Below, piece by piece: positions 25,776 to 38,369 of a stretch of DNA of 64,000 nt. A model generated the notes under the pieces. That model ran no database searches and was not told where the DNA came from. It was given only the letters and a program-made list of their open reading frames with translations. The stretch is taken from the NCBI GenBank assembly GCA_951406725.2, contig OX597824.1:33852001-33916000 (forward strand). The letters are read 5' to 3'. Positions within the stretch are counted from its first letter, which is position 1; every line of letters begins with the position of its first letter. This DNA comes from Octopus vulgaris (lineage: Eukaryota). Position numbers and translations under genes: made by a program.

Positions 25776-26188
25776 GGATCTTTTCGGTTTGAACGGCAGT
25801 TTTTAACATAATTTCTAGGTAACTAAAAAATTTTAAACTTCGTATACTTGTAGAATGTGTTTATAAAACATCTTTTTCTCTTGGCTTATTGAGAAAATTC
25901 TATAGTTTGTAAGACATTGGTTGCTTTTTTCTTCAATTTCTGCAATTTCAACCAATAACTGACGTCTATTGAGGTAAAAAAAAACATTCTGTGCCGTATG
26001 AATATGTCCCTCGTTTAAGAAACAGATATGGTTTATTTACATTTGTGAAGAAAAAAAAGATACCCTTCCTCCCACCCCTAACCCTAAAACAGATTGAAAT
26101 GCAATAGATCGATACTAGGGTCATAATTATGGGTGACAATTTCATATGACACCGCTAGAAAAAACTGCCGTTCAAACGTAAAAGATCC
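25776..26188. mobile_element. Merlin-like MITE, copy 2
   Basis: Same family as 21132-21536. 8-bp TSD gataataa/gataatat. Confidence 0.8.
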
Positions 26189-26719
26189 GATAATATTCTT
26201 GAGTTTTTATAAAGGTACCTGAGCAAGACTGTAAAAGATGGCGTTTAATACAACATATCTAGTGGTGTCTTACATTTCGAGTAATCTTTGTTTTGCTATA
26301 AAACATGATGTGGGAAAAGTGTTCTCTGTCAATTAGTAGAAAATAAAATAAGGGCCCAGAAAGACTAGCATAATCAATATGTCTAATATATTGTTTATGT
26401 AGATGTAGCAGTTCTTTGTATTGATCAGCAACGTTTTATTGCGACATCTGTATAGATGCTGGAGGCAATATCTCGTATTTTTCATCATCTTTGTTTATGT
26501 TGTTGAGTGACGGTTGCACTTTAGATTGGTGGTAAAAATAGCGATGGTGGATCTGCTAGGCAAGCTGCCACTTTTAGTCTGTTTATTTGGAGTCAAATTT
26601 CAAAACAACTGACGCAGGTTTGTTATGTCTGGGCGAATAACCATAGTAAACTGAAAATATATATAACCTACAAATTTGTTCTACTTCGATACATGATCTC
26701 CCTTCAACTTCTCATAACA

Positions 26720-27265
26720 ACAACGACATTCTATGTTGATGGCATTATTAATCGTCTGGAAGCCGTTCACCGACGTGCAACCAAAAGAATACCCTCCATC
26801 AGGCATTTGCCATATTCTGAACGCCTTACTTCCCTGGGCATTTACACATTGAAACTCCGACGTCTGGCAGCTGACTTGGCAGACACCCATAAAATTATTA
26901 ACCATCTTAAAACAATCAAAATCAATCTGTCTAACACCCGTGGACATATTTACAAAGTCAGAAAACAGCACAGCTCCCATGACTTTCGGAAACATTTTTT
27001 CACACTAAGGGTTGCTGAAGCATGGAACAAACTGCCGGCATCAGTTGTTAGTTATCGGAGCACTGCATCCTTCAAAACTTCCATGCTTTCTGAGATTCGC
27101 CAACAATACACCTGATTTTCTCCCTTCCATACACACACAAGCATGTATCTGACTCGTACACTGTTCACTTTCCAGACATTTGTACATTACTGCATATGCT
27201 TTATATGCACTTTTGTCAAGTTGTGGTGCACCTGAGCACTGTATACAATAATTTCATTATTATTT
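26720..27265 (+). mobile_element. 3' fragment of a related CR1/L2 LINE
   Basis: Translation RRATKRIPSIRHLPYSERL...HFFTLRVAEAWNKLP is close to the 41-kb copy. Same gtgcacctgagcactgta tail. Confidence 0.88.
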
Positions 27266-27649
27266 TATAACAAACCACTCCTCCCACTGAGCCACAAACA
27301 TAGCCACCTGTCCATTGAATGTGAGTGGACAAAGCAATGGCAGAGCAACAGCTAATTCAGAACAAGAAAGATAAAGTCAGTGGCACCAAATAAAACCAAT
27401 TCCAGCAGTTTCAGCAATGGCATCACTTTATGAAACCGATGTCGTGTGACACCATTTTCCTAATTATGACATGGTGTATGTTCCACAGACCAGGGTTTCT
27501 CTCCAGATCGAGCTGCTACTTCTCTGCATTGAGAGGTCATAGCACTGGTACTACAGACATGTGATTAGAAAGATAGATTCTTCAAGTTGAGCCAACTGGC
27601 AGGATACCTTGGGGTAGACTAAGAACAAGATTGTTGGATAATATGCATA

Positions 27650-28055
27650 GGCATAGGAGTGGCTGTGTGGTAAGTAGCTTGTTTACCAACCACATGGCTC
27701 CGGGTTCAGTCCCACTGCGTGGCACCTTGGGCAAGTGTCTTCTACTATAGCCTTGGGCTGACAAAAGCCTTGTGAGTGGATTTGGTAGAAAGAAACTGAA
27801 AGACGCCCATCGTATATATGTATATATATGTATGTATGTATGTGTGTGTTTGTGTGTCTGTTTGTCCCCCCCAACATCGCTTGACAACCGATGCTGGTGT
27901 GTTTACATCCCCGTAACTTAGCGGTTTGGCAAAAGAGACCGATAGAATAAGTACTAGGCTTACAAAGAATAAGTCCTGCGGTCGATTTGCTTGACTAAAG
28001 GCGGTGCTCCAGCATGGCCACAGTCAAATGACTGAAACAAGTAAAAGAATAAAAG
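27650..28055 (+). mobile_element. tRNA-derived SINE family A (CORE-like centre, internal TA/TG microsatellite)
   Basis: A box tggctgtgtggtaa, B box ggttcagtcc, centre ccttgggcaagtgtctt, tail gactgaaacaagtaaaag. Many homologous copies in the window. Confidence 0.85.
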
Positions 28056-28697
28056 AGAGAGAGTAACAAGTATAGCCTCAGTTGGTTATGCTTGAGAATC
28101 CAACAGGAAAATCTAATGATGGTTGCTTCTGATAGGATCTTATGGAGGAGGTGTCCCAAAACAGACGGATGGCCTAAATCAAGAAGAAACACATCAGCTT
28201 GTAATGCATGCTGTGAGGTAAAATAATTTTGAGAATATCATGTGAAGTAAAATAGAACATCACTTGTTCAGGTTATCACTTGTACAGATTTTCTATAGAA
28301 ATTATAGCCAGCACTCATTTTATTATGACGATTTGTATCCAAGTATGCCAAACGTAAAAATCTCCTTGTAACACCAAAGATTAACTGATGACAAGGATTA
28401 TGGCAACATTCACCAACTTAAACAAGGAGACCATCCAGAGAGTTGCAGGAGATTCCAAAGTGGTTGAAGCCAATGGCAATTTTGTTGAATGAATTTACTC
28501 TTTAGTATTTCAAGATATTTTTAAGTACTTTTGGTAAATATATCTGTTAAAATGAGATGTCAGTGTTATTTTCATTTTTGTGTAATTTAGATGACAATAT
28601 ATCCACTGCACCCTGTATATATTGCAGGTACATGAAAATCCTCTCAGAAGCAGCTATCAAAAACACCACATGTATTTTTCCCAAAATAACCTTGTTA

Positions 28698-28980
28698 ATT
28701 CTGCTGTATCTGGGGAGAGTCATTTTCTTTTTGTGCCTTATAATATAACACACTCACCGGTAAAATTTCCACTTTTTTTCCTTATTTTTATTTTCCTAAA
28801 ATTTTCGTTGCATCTTGCAACCTTTTCAATAGTTTTGAGTCAAAACTACTGAAAAGGTTGCAAGATGCAATGAAAATTTTAGGAAAATAAAAATAAGGAA
28901 AAAAAGTGGAAATTTTACTGGTGGGTATGTTATATTATAAGGCACAAAAAGAAAATGACTCTCCCCAGACACAACAGAAT
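28698..28980. repeat. 283-bp near-perfect palindrome
   Basis: 141-bp arms around a single central G (28839), no indels, about 7 mismatches. Confidence 0.95.
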
Positions 28981-31900
28981 ATGCTTCAATACATGAACTC
29001 CTATAAAGAATCTTGCAAACCAAATCCCAAAACCTTGTTAATGGTATGCACACAACTGTCACATGCTTAGATGAGATTTGTCACCTTTGATACATAGAAA
29101 AACAGTGAATAGTATCCACTATCATTGTAAATAGCTGCCTGGCTGAACAACATTTCATTATATGCAACAGAAGTGGTCACAATAAATTTGCTTTTCAACA
29201 ACTTTAATTTAATACTGCTTCAAGGGCATAAATGGAAGTAAACGTAATATCATTCCAGTTTGGCAATCCTTGTTTTAGAAAAGTAAGGCAACAAAGAGAT
29301 AGAGTGAAAAGAAAAGCATTTCCAATTTATTAAGCAATTTTTACTGTTTGCAAAATAAAAAAAAATTAAAACAATAAATTTCACATTTTTCTAATTAATT
29401 TTAGAAGAAAGTATTTTGCAACTGATTTATCAATGTTGGAAAAATGATAAATATTGAAAGACTTATGTTGGCATGAAAGCAAATACACTTTCATTTAATG
29501 TCATAATAATACAACAATCCAGATAATCAAGGATTAAATTTTCCCCAAGTACAAAAAGCAGAAGGAAATTAGCTCAGTGTGAAAATATATAAAATAGAAC
29601 TAAAAGTATTCATGAAGTAATTGATTCATTTTCAATCCTTTGAAAATATAGATTTTCAAATTTATATTTCTTTATTAATGAACATTTAGGTGGAATTAGT
29701 AATTATTTTCCAACAATGCTTTCTTTCAGAGAAATCAATATTGCAAAACTGTAAAAGTTTCTTAATGACTTGACAATTTGTTGATGTATACAGAGCAAAC
29801 AAGAACCGCTATAACTTAAAAAGTTGCCGATGAGCAATGAGCCTTCTTTGACATAATTTGCAGCATTTTACTCAGAATATCAAAATATGAGCATCAGCTT
29901 CAAAAGTGGCAGAGTCTTTGATATTTTTTTTTTTTTAAATGTCATAGGGTTTCTTTCCAAAGATATTCCAAACATTCTCTGTCTTGCCTTTGCAATGACT
30001 AAACAACTACGAACAAAACCCACAACAACAACCTAACTTGCAGAGTTCTGTTATAATTAGTAGACATTTTATGAAAACAACAATTCAAAGGAAAATCGTT
30101 TTATTCCACAATGAAATAGTAAAACCAAGAACTCCAAAGATTCTTTGGCAGAAGACATTTTTACAGACAATGCTTCAATGTTTTAAAAAATAAACTAGCA
30201 CCAATACTTTGTTAAATATCGACTGAAATAAATTATCACAAGAAATATTCCAGGGTTTCATTAAAACCATTGAAACAAAAAAAAAAAAAAAGAAGAAAAA
30301 AACTGCTGAATGACTGAAGGAAATATGTCAATGAGATATGGGATGGGTGGAGGGATAGATTTTGGAATCATTAATTAAACTAATTGAGGTCACAGAATAC
30401 ATTTGCATATTTAAATCAGGTATAAATATACACAGGATACAGAAGGAAAGCAAAATGAAAAAAGAAAGTAGGGAACTAGATTATTCCACAGTTTCAGTGT
30501 ACTATTTTTGAAATGTATAGGATTAGAAAAATAAACCAAAGTTTTACAGCAGTTTACAATGATTGTATTATTATTATTGTTGTTATTGTTATTATTAAAA
30601 GTATATAAATAGATCGTCTGCTATCATCATATTTGAGCCTCAATAGAAAAATAAATGTGATGTAGAAATTGACGTAGAAATGTAGATGATATTGAATTCC
30701 ATCAAGAATAGAAAGTTTATTTTTCAAGTTGGAGCGAAACAGTGACAAAGGATAAAATTCTAAGGAATCTATTATCTGGAACTGGGGTTACTGGACTAAT
30801 CTTAGAATCAGTTGCAAAACGTCTAAAAGAAAGTATCTATAGTATTTTTTTGTAGGGAGAAAAATGAAATGGTAAAATATTTCGTGAATATGAAAAAATA
30901 AAATTAAACATTAAAACATGAGAAATGATAAGATATTAAATTCAAGGGGGGGAAAAAAGCCATTAGTTTAAAAATTTATAAATGAAATCTCTTATTAAAC
31001 AAAATATACAAGAAAAACTTAACAGGAATTATTCATTTCTTTTTGAAATATTTTTAATATAAAAATCTGAGTGAATGATCTTTGATTACTATAGTATCAA
31101 ATTTAAAATAAAAGTTCATTTTATCTTAAACATATTTTAAAAGTAGGCTATCGTAAATTGTCCAGATTTTTTGTAATCTGATATCCTTATCGGACAATCT
31201 GTACATGAAGTTAGAAGACAGCTTTCCTTTTTTAGTTTAGAAATTTTAAGAAATACATTATAAAAAAGTATTATTGCAGACTAGATATATGAATCACATA
31301 TTTAAACATCCCATAGATTTTATTTATGGTTTTCACATAGACATATATGTATATATACAAACACACAAATATTTTACAGGGTGCACAATTATTTCATTCA
31401 AAATAATAATTGTTAAAGCACCTTTTTTACACTTGACATGGTCACATTAAAACAAAAACATTAACTTGATTAAACTATTATGACAAAAAGAATTCCCCAA
31501 AACCATTTTTATTCCTATGTTTTAACTACTAAAGCCAGTTTTTTCTAATAAAGAAATATCTATTAAATACAGTTTTTTTAAAATTATGTAAGACTAGCTA
31601 TCTCATAAAGGTAATAATTTAAAAAATAAGGCTGGCATTTGGATTACTTGATGATCAATGGAACAAGATATAGGATAAAATATTGATTTTCCTGGGCATT
31701 TAAGTTTTTTAAGAGTAAAAAAAAAATTGAGAAAATGTAATCCCAACATTTGACATTTTACATCTAAAATTAGGTGTTTCTTTGGAGACTAGTCACAACA
31801 ACATTTTTACTCAAAAATAAATTGAGGAGGAAGTAAAAAAAAAAAAAGAAGAAGTCAACAGAATATTATCACCAATTTGTTCCATGTTTTCTAGAATATC

Positions 31901-32119
31901 ATTACAAATATTATGGTTACAAGTGAGTCCCAGATGGGAATCAAGCTCACATTTCATTGTTAACACTTTGTTATAAATATGCAGTAAAACTGAATTGACA
32001 TTATAATCCCATATTTTCATTGTTTAGTTTATAACATATGTAATCAATCAGTCTTATATTGTTATCTTATATTCTGACGCTTGTTTAAAACAATTATTTG
32101 TAATGTAGAAATATATCTT

Positions 32120-32493
32120 CTGTGTGAAAAGTCTGGCTGCATACACGTTAGCATATGTCAGGTGCATACAATTGACAACACAGTTAATTAAGATTTATTC
32201 AGTGAGTTCTATTCAACACATGTTTACACGTGGAATCCATTAGATGAAGGCATTTTCAAAGTTTTGGCCGATAAAGTTGAACTGAAAAACCCTACAACGA
32301 GGCATGAATTGCACAAAGCCGTCTTGCAGTCTTGGGAAGAGCTATCTGAGTGGAAAATTTGTGGATGTATTCAACATCAAACTCGTGTTCGGCGTCAAAT
32401 AGTTGACTGCCGTGGTGGTAACAGATTCGTGTAATAAACTTTGTGTCTATTTTTGTTTATATTTTTACGGATGCAGCCAGACTTTTCACACAG
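32120..32493 (+). mobile_element. Internally deleted Tc1-like element
   Basis: 23-bp TIRs ctgtgtgaaaagtctggctgcat and atgcagccagacttttcacacag. Internal remnant PTTRHELHKAVLQSWEEL...VDCRGG resembles a Tc1 C-terminus. Confidence 0.65.
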
Positions 32494-33365
32494 TTTATAT
32501 GTAAATAAAACAAATTATTTTTAAATTCTGTCAACTGTTGGGACAAACAACTTCAGAATGACTTTAGAAACATAGACACAAAAACATTGAGAAGGTTTTG
32601 AAGAAAAAGAAAAAACTGTTTTAGAAATTAATATATCACTGGAATGGAAATTACTCTTATAATCCCATATTATATTCAATTGAAGTTTCATGAATATATC
32701 CACCTTAAAATATATCAACATGTCCTTGGTTGAAATGAAGTCACACTGGGTGAGATTAATTTGTGCTTGGTTTGTCCTTGATATGAATTAGTCTGGGCCT
32801 AAAAATATCATACATCTTTTATGCATTTCATGATGTACTTCGATATCTATAAATTTGGTGATATCTTAAATAAATTTCATAATAAAAATATCATTTTCTC
32901 TCCCCAGGCACATTGCTCCTTCATATTCCCCTCCCCATGATACTTGAAATATTATTAGAAAAACTAAATGTAAAACAAATAAGATGAGAGAAACTAAGAG
33001 TGGGGCCAAGGCTTGGATGGCATGCTGTAATTGAGGGAGTAATAGTGTGTAGTGAGAGACAGAAAACCGTTATTTTTCTATGTTTTAGCTGAATATTCCA
33101 AGAAACAAGATGTAGTTACAGATAAACAAGTGCTGCATGTAAACTGAGGTGTATTTTTTACTTTTGTGTGTACGCATACATATGTATATTATATAGGTAC
33201 AGGCATGGCTGTGAGGTTAACAGTTTCACTTTATAATCACATATGTTCAAAGTCAGTCTCATTGCATAGCACCTTGGATAAATGTCTTCTGTTATAGCCC
33301 CAAGGCTGAGCAATGCCTTGTAGCCTTGTGAATGGTTAATTTGATAGGCAGAAACTGTAAGAAGG

Positions 33366-33404
<39 letters not shown>

Positions 33405-33407
<3 letters not shown>

Positions 33408-33545
33408 TTAGAAAAAAACCACCTTTTATCAATTCAAAATGAACAATTAAATTACACCATCTAGAAAATTACATTGTTTATCTGTAATTAAGTAAATTTA
33501 ATTGTTCATTTTGAATTGATAAAGGGTGGGTTTTTAAAAAATTTT
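33405..33545. repeat. AT-rich inverted repeat (MITE-like) inside (TA)n
   Basis: About 40-bp arms aaccaccttttatcaattcaaaatgaacaattaaatt and aatttaattgttcattttgaattgataaagggtgggtt. Confidence 0.7.
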
Positions 33546-33755
33546 TTATATATATATATTATATTGTGTGAAATTTGATTTAGTATTTCTAAATTGAATT
33601 TTTTTCCCTGTAAGTTTGGATTTATATTTCCTCAAATAATAATTATATATATATATATAAAATCACATGACCATGTGATCGACCAGACTATCAGATGTTG
33701 TTATACATTGCTAGTCACAATGTGCTTTGCATTATTTTTTAGCTTTTGTCGTCAT

Positions 33756-33851
33756 CAGAAGATGGCAATAATTCTAAATAAGGTGACCTGTCCAACCCAT
33801 GCTGGCATGGGTTGGACAGGTCATCTTATTTAGAATTATTGCCTTCTTCTG
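33756..33851. repeat. 96-bp near-perfect hairpin
   Basis: cagaagatggcaataattctaaataaggtgacctgtccaacccatgc-tg-gcatgggttggacaggtcatcttatttagaattattgccttcttctg. Confidence 0.9.
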
Positions 33852-34266
33852 TGTGTGTGTGTTGGTATATAAATACGTTTTCATATATCTATTTGTTGAT
33901 GCATGGCAAAAAAAAAAAGACCTGTTCTAGATGGAGGATAAATATGTAAAACCTTTAGTGAAGCTCCTTAATTATTCATTTTCTAATGTAACATGGAGCT
34001 CCTGGTAATGTTCAAGGATAAATAAAGAATTAAAATACTAGAACCTGGACAGGGACGTTTTTTTTCTTGAAGGATAGCAAAAGTGTCTTTTTCTATATTT
34101 TTTATTTTTTTTATCAATGACACATACAGACACACTCATATATATACACACACATACACACACAGTCACATAAACACACATACATACACATATATATTCA
34201 TACACTCACACAGAATATATATACAAACACGCACAAACAGCGATGTACAGATTATAAATACCAATG

Positions 34267-34402
34267 TCAAACAAAAGTGCCCGGCCATGATACGACAGCT
34301 AATGTGACATAACCTGTGGCATTCTTCAGAAAAGTAACAGCATCAGAATGGGTTACATGTTTTAGACTTTGGTCATTCACTGACAGAAGCATATCTCCAC
34401 AT
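34267..34402 (-). CDS. LNX2: LNX-like last coding exon
   Basis: CGDMLLSVNDQSLKHVTHSDAVTFLKNATGYVTLAVVSWPGTFV then TGA, matching the LNX1/2 C-terminal WPG(T/S)xx. Confidence 0.95.
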
Positions 34403-35109
34403 CTAAAATAAAATACAAAACAAAGTGTTCAGGTTATCTCCGTGTCATAATTAGTTCACAAGTTTCTATTAAACAGTTGTTCCTTGCATTATACGAAACT
34501 CATTTCCTAAGGCTTCACTTTAGTTTACCTTTCATATTACCAATCACTTAAAGTGGATGGGATCTGTGGAAGAGGGAGACCCAGGAAGACATGGGACAAA
34601 GTACTGAAAGTCCATATCAAGACAGCGAACCTTACAAAGGAGATGACAAAGGACCAAAATGACTGGTGCCTTGCTTTACTCAAGAAGACCTGATTGCCAC
34701 AGAAGAATTAATACCAGTACTGGTGCCATGTTAAAAGCATTTGTGCTGGTTCCACATAAAAAGCACTTGGTACACTCTGAGGAATGGTTCCCTTTAGAAA
34801 GAGCATCCAGCTGTAGAAACCGAGCCAGAACAGACAATGAAGCCTAGTGTGACCCCTGGCCTTGCCAGTTCTAGTCACACCATCTCACCCACACCAGTAT
34901 GGAAGACAGACATTAAATGATGGTGATGATGATTACTTTATTAGGTGGCAGGCATGGCTGGTAGTTAAGACATATGCTTCCCATCCACATGGCTTCAGGT
35001 TCAGTTCCAACTGCATGGCATAATGGGAAAGTCTCTTCTACAAAAGATTTGGGTTAACCAAAGCCTTTTGAGTAGATTTTGGAGAAAGAAACTGAAAGAA
35101 GCCAATCAT

Positions 35110-35167
<58 letters not shown>

Positions 35168-35233
35168 ATGATGATGATGATATATATATATATATGTGTG
35201 TATGTATGTATATTGTGAATATATATATATTGT

Positions 35234-35567
35234 GAAGGCGCATGGCTCAGTGGTTAGAGCATTGAGCTTACGATCGTGAGGTTGTGAGTTCAAATACCGG
35301 ACCTGGCTGCGTGTTGTGTTCTTGAGTAAAACACTTTATTTCACGTTGCTCCAGTTCACTCAGCTGTAGAAATGAGTTGCGATGTCACAGGTGCCAAGCT
35401 GTATCGGCCGTTGCCTTTCCCTTGGATAACACTGGTGGCGTGGAGAGGGGAGGCTGGTATGCATGGGCAACTGCTGGTCTTCCATAAACAACCTTGCCTG
35501 GACTTGTGCCTGGGAGGGTAACTTTCTAGGTGCAATCCCACAGTCAGTCATGACTGAAGGGGATCTC
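35234..35567 (+). mobile_element. tRNA-derived SINE family D
   Basis: A box tggctcagtggttagagc, B box gagttcaaat, centre gtgttcttgagtaaaacactttatttcac. Reverse copy at about 51395-51677. Confidence 0.75.
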
Positions 35568-36029
35568 AGCATATATATATATATGCAAGAGTCCTTGCCT
35601 TGACATTACATGGTAATTGTAACAAGTGTCACCAACATGCAAGCAGTGTCCTTTCTTTGCAATCTTCCATGAAAACAAGTGGTCATGAAGAAATATTTGA
35701 AAACAGTCCATAGGTAAAAGAAAATGGTTGGGAACCATTGGTTTAATTGAACAAACAGATGCCTGTACTTATGTTAGTCTCATATCTATTCTATAAAATA
35801 AAGAACTGTTTAGCAGTGACAATAAGCTTTAAACTGATGGTGGTGATCAAGCATGTTTGTAATATATAGATGAAGTTTTTCTAATGCTTAAAAATAGTGC
35901 AAATTTAAAAAATTATAATTCTTCTTCAGAATAACCAAATATATGCTTTTCTACATTTGAATTTGATGAAACTCTTATCTAATGAAACAAAGTTCTGATA
36001 ATTGAAAAAATAAAGAGAGAAAGTGTTAC

Positions 36030-36188
36030 CTCAGCCTTCCATCTTTTGCTGCAGGAGTGTCTTGGACAACAGATTTAACAAACATTGGTAAATTCCCAAG
36101 ACTACTGTCACGACCACCAACAATTGCAAAACCAAGGCTGCCATTTGGACCACGTAACAAGGATATGGTTTTCACAGTTTGACAAATC
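36030..36188 (-). CDS. LNX2: LNX-like exon, PDZ4
   Basis: ICQTVKTISLLRGPNGSLGFAIVGGRDSSLGNLPMFVKSVVQDTPAAKDGRL, 159 nt. Confidence 0.94.
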
Positions 36189-37049
36189 CTGAAAAAAAAC
36201 AAAACATTAGAACTGAAAGAAACATAGATATGAAAGAAACATAGACAAGGGGGGGGGGGGAATTGTCACAGCAGCCCTTCAAGAATTTGAACCTGGAGAT
36301 CTCCATTTCCAGCGACTTCGGGGGCCACCTCTCAGTGGTTTCGGGCATCAACGAAGAGCTCTCGACTACAACAAGACGACCAAAATTTTTTGTTTTCCAA
36401 GTTCTGGTGTCTCCCGCCCCTCAGCCCTAATCACCCTTACCCGTCTTGTTGCTTAACAACAACAACAGTAGCAGCAGCAAAAGACTAAAGATGTAGTGAG
36501 ATCCACACAAATGATATGGCAAAAGACAATGCAAAATGTAGAAATATTGAGTTGAAAATGACCTCCCTACCCATTTCAGTTAACAGACTGCAACCATGCT
36601 GGGGTACCACTTGAAGAAGCTTCAGTTGAATGAATTGATCCCAGTACTTTTTTTTAAGCCTGGTACTTATTCTATCAGTCTCTTTTGTCAAACCACTAAA
36701 TCACAGGGATGTAAACACAGCAAGTGGTGGTAGGAGACTAACACATACACAGATATATATACATATACACACAAATATGTATTTTATTCCCCAAGGTTAA
36801 AAGTATATAAAACCACTAGGTTACATAAAAATACTCCTGTCCTCTCTACCACTTGACAGATTAAATTTAGAGAACCTTATTTTGGGACTGTCACTACACA
36901 TGTTCATTCAACTGTGCCAGCCTTGGTTTTCAGAACAAAAAATTGGACATAGTGGGGAACCTACAAAAATTTGAGCCATGTTCTCTCTATAAAAACAAGA
37001 CAATTTTTGAATCCCAATCAGAAACAAAGTAGTTGCAGCATAGCTCCAT

Positions 37050-37549
37050 ACTAATCTATATTTTTGAGATGAGGAAATGTGTACATTATTTACAATGGAC
37101 AAATAGGTATCCTCACCTTGTTTGTTGCTACCACAACATTTTGGCTGATGTACTCCCCAGCCTTCATCAGGTGCTCCATTGGAATTTCGAACCCAACCCT
37201 CTATTTGACTAATGGGGTATTCTGTTCTCATTCCTAAAGTTGTCCTTTTTTGCTGATATTATTTTTTCTGTTGATATTATTTCCCAAGCCCCTGCCTGGG
37301 ATTGAACTCAGGATCCAAGGGTTAGTAGCCTGCGCTTTTATCCTTTATGCTATATGCCTGTCTACAATTATAGTGAATTTTGGGGCTTATAAACCTAAGT
37401 TCAATCCCACAGTACTCCATTAGCCAAATAAAGGGTTGGGTTCGAAATTCCACCATAACACCTGATGAAGGCTGAAGAGTACATCAGCTGAAACAATGTA
37501 GTAACAACAAACAAGGTGACAACCCCTATCTGTCTATTGTAAATATTGT
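37050..37549 (-). mobile_element. tRNA-headed, hammerhead-bearing retroelement with inverted terminal copy (copy 1)
   Basis: Flanked by a 12-bp direct repeat gcatagctccat (37038-37049 and 37550-37561). tRNA-like head at about 37291-37358. Two inverted CTGATGA-AGGCTG..CAGC(C/T)-(G/A)AAA motifs. Confidence 0.7.
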
Positions 37550-38178
37550 GCATAGCTCCATGTCTTTCTGTATCAACTTTTGAAAATCAGAGTAATCTGT
37601 GAAACCAGTTAAGTCTTTAAAAATATTAAAATAAAAAATCTAAACAAATCCGAATGCATTTTCAACTTCTGATATATATATATAATAAATAAATAAATAA
37701 ATAAATGCACCTTTTTAAAGCCTAGCCAGGCTCATGGGCCCGGTTTCTATGGCGGATGTGTTCCCCAGCTGGACGGGACGCCAGTCCATCGTAGTTTTAC
37801 TCATTTTTGCCAGCTGAGTGGACTGGAGCAACATGAAATGAAGTGTTTTGCTCAAGAACACAACACGCCACCCAGTCCAGGAATCGAAACCACGATCATG
37901 ATGCTGACACCCTAACCACTAAGCCGCGCACCTCTACACACACACACACACATATAACAGGTCTCTTTCAGTTACTGCCCATTAAATCCACTCACAAAGC
38001 TTTGGGTGGCACAAGGCTTTATTAGGGTGCCATGCAGTGGACCTGAACCCCAAACCATGTGGTTGGGAAGCAAACTTCTTACCACATAGCCATGCTTGAG
38101 CCTATATAAATTTAATGACAAAATTAATGCATGCAACAAATTAAGTGAAACCAAAGTTAAAACTTCAGAATAACTTAC

Positions 38179-38369
38179 CTTGGTAACTGAAGCCAGTATA
38201 ACCAAGAAGGAGTAAAATTACCAGGTGTACTCTGAGAAACTTCAGGACCATCAAGCACCTTTAGAGTAATAGTTTTTGATTCGGTATTGAGTTTTAGTTG
38301 TTTCACAGCCTCATTGTGACTTAGACCAAGCAGACTAACAGAGTTTATAGATAACAGCACATCACCTTT
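38179..38369 (-). CDS. LNX2: LNX-like exon, end of PDZ3
   Basis: KGDVLLSINSVSLLGLSHNEAVKQLK...PSWLYWLQLPR, matching the LNX-specific PSWxxWLxLP motif. Confidence 0.95.
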
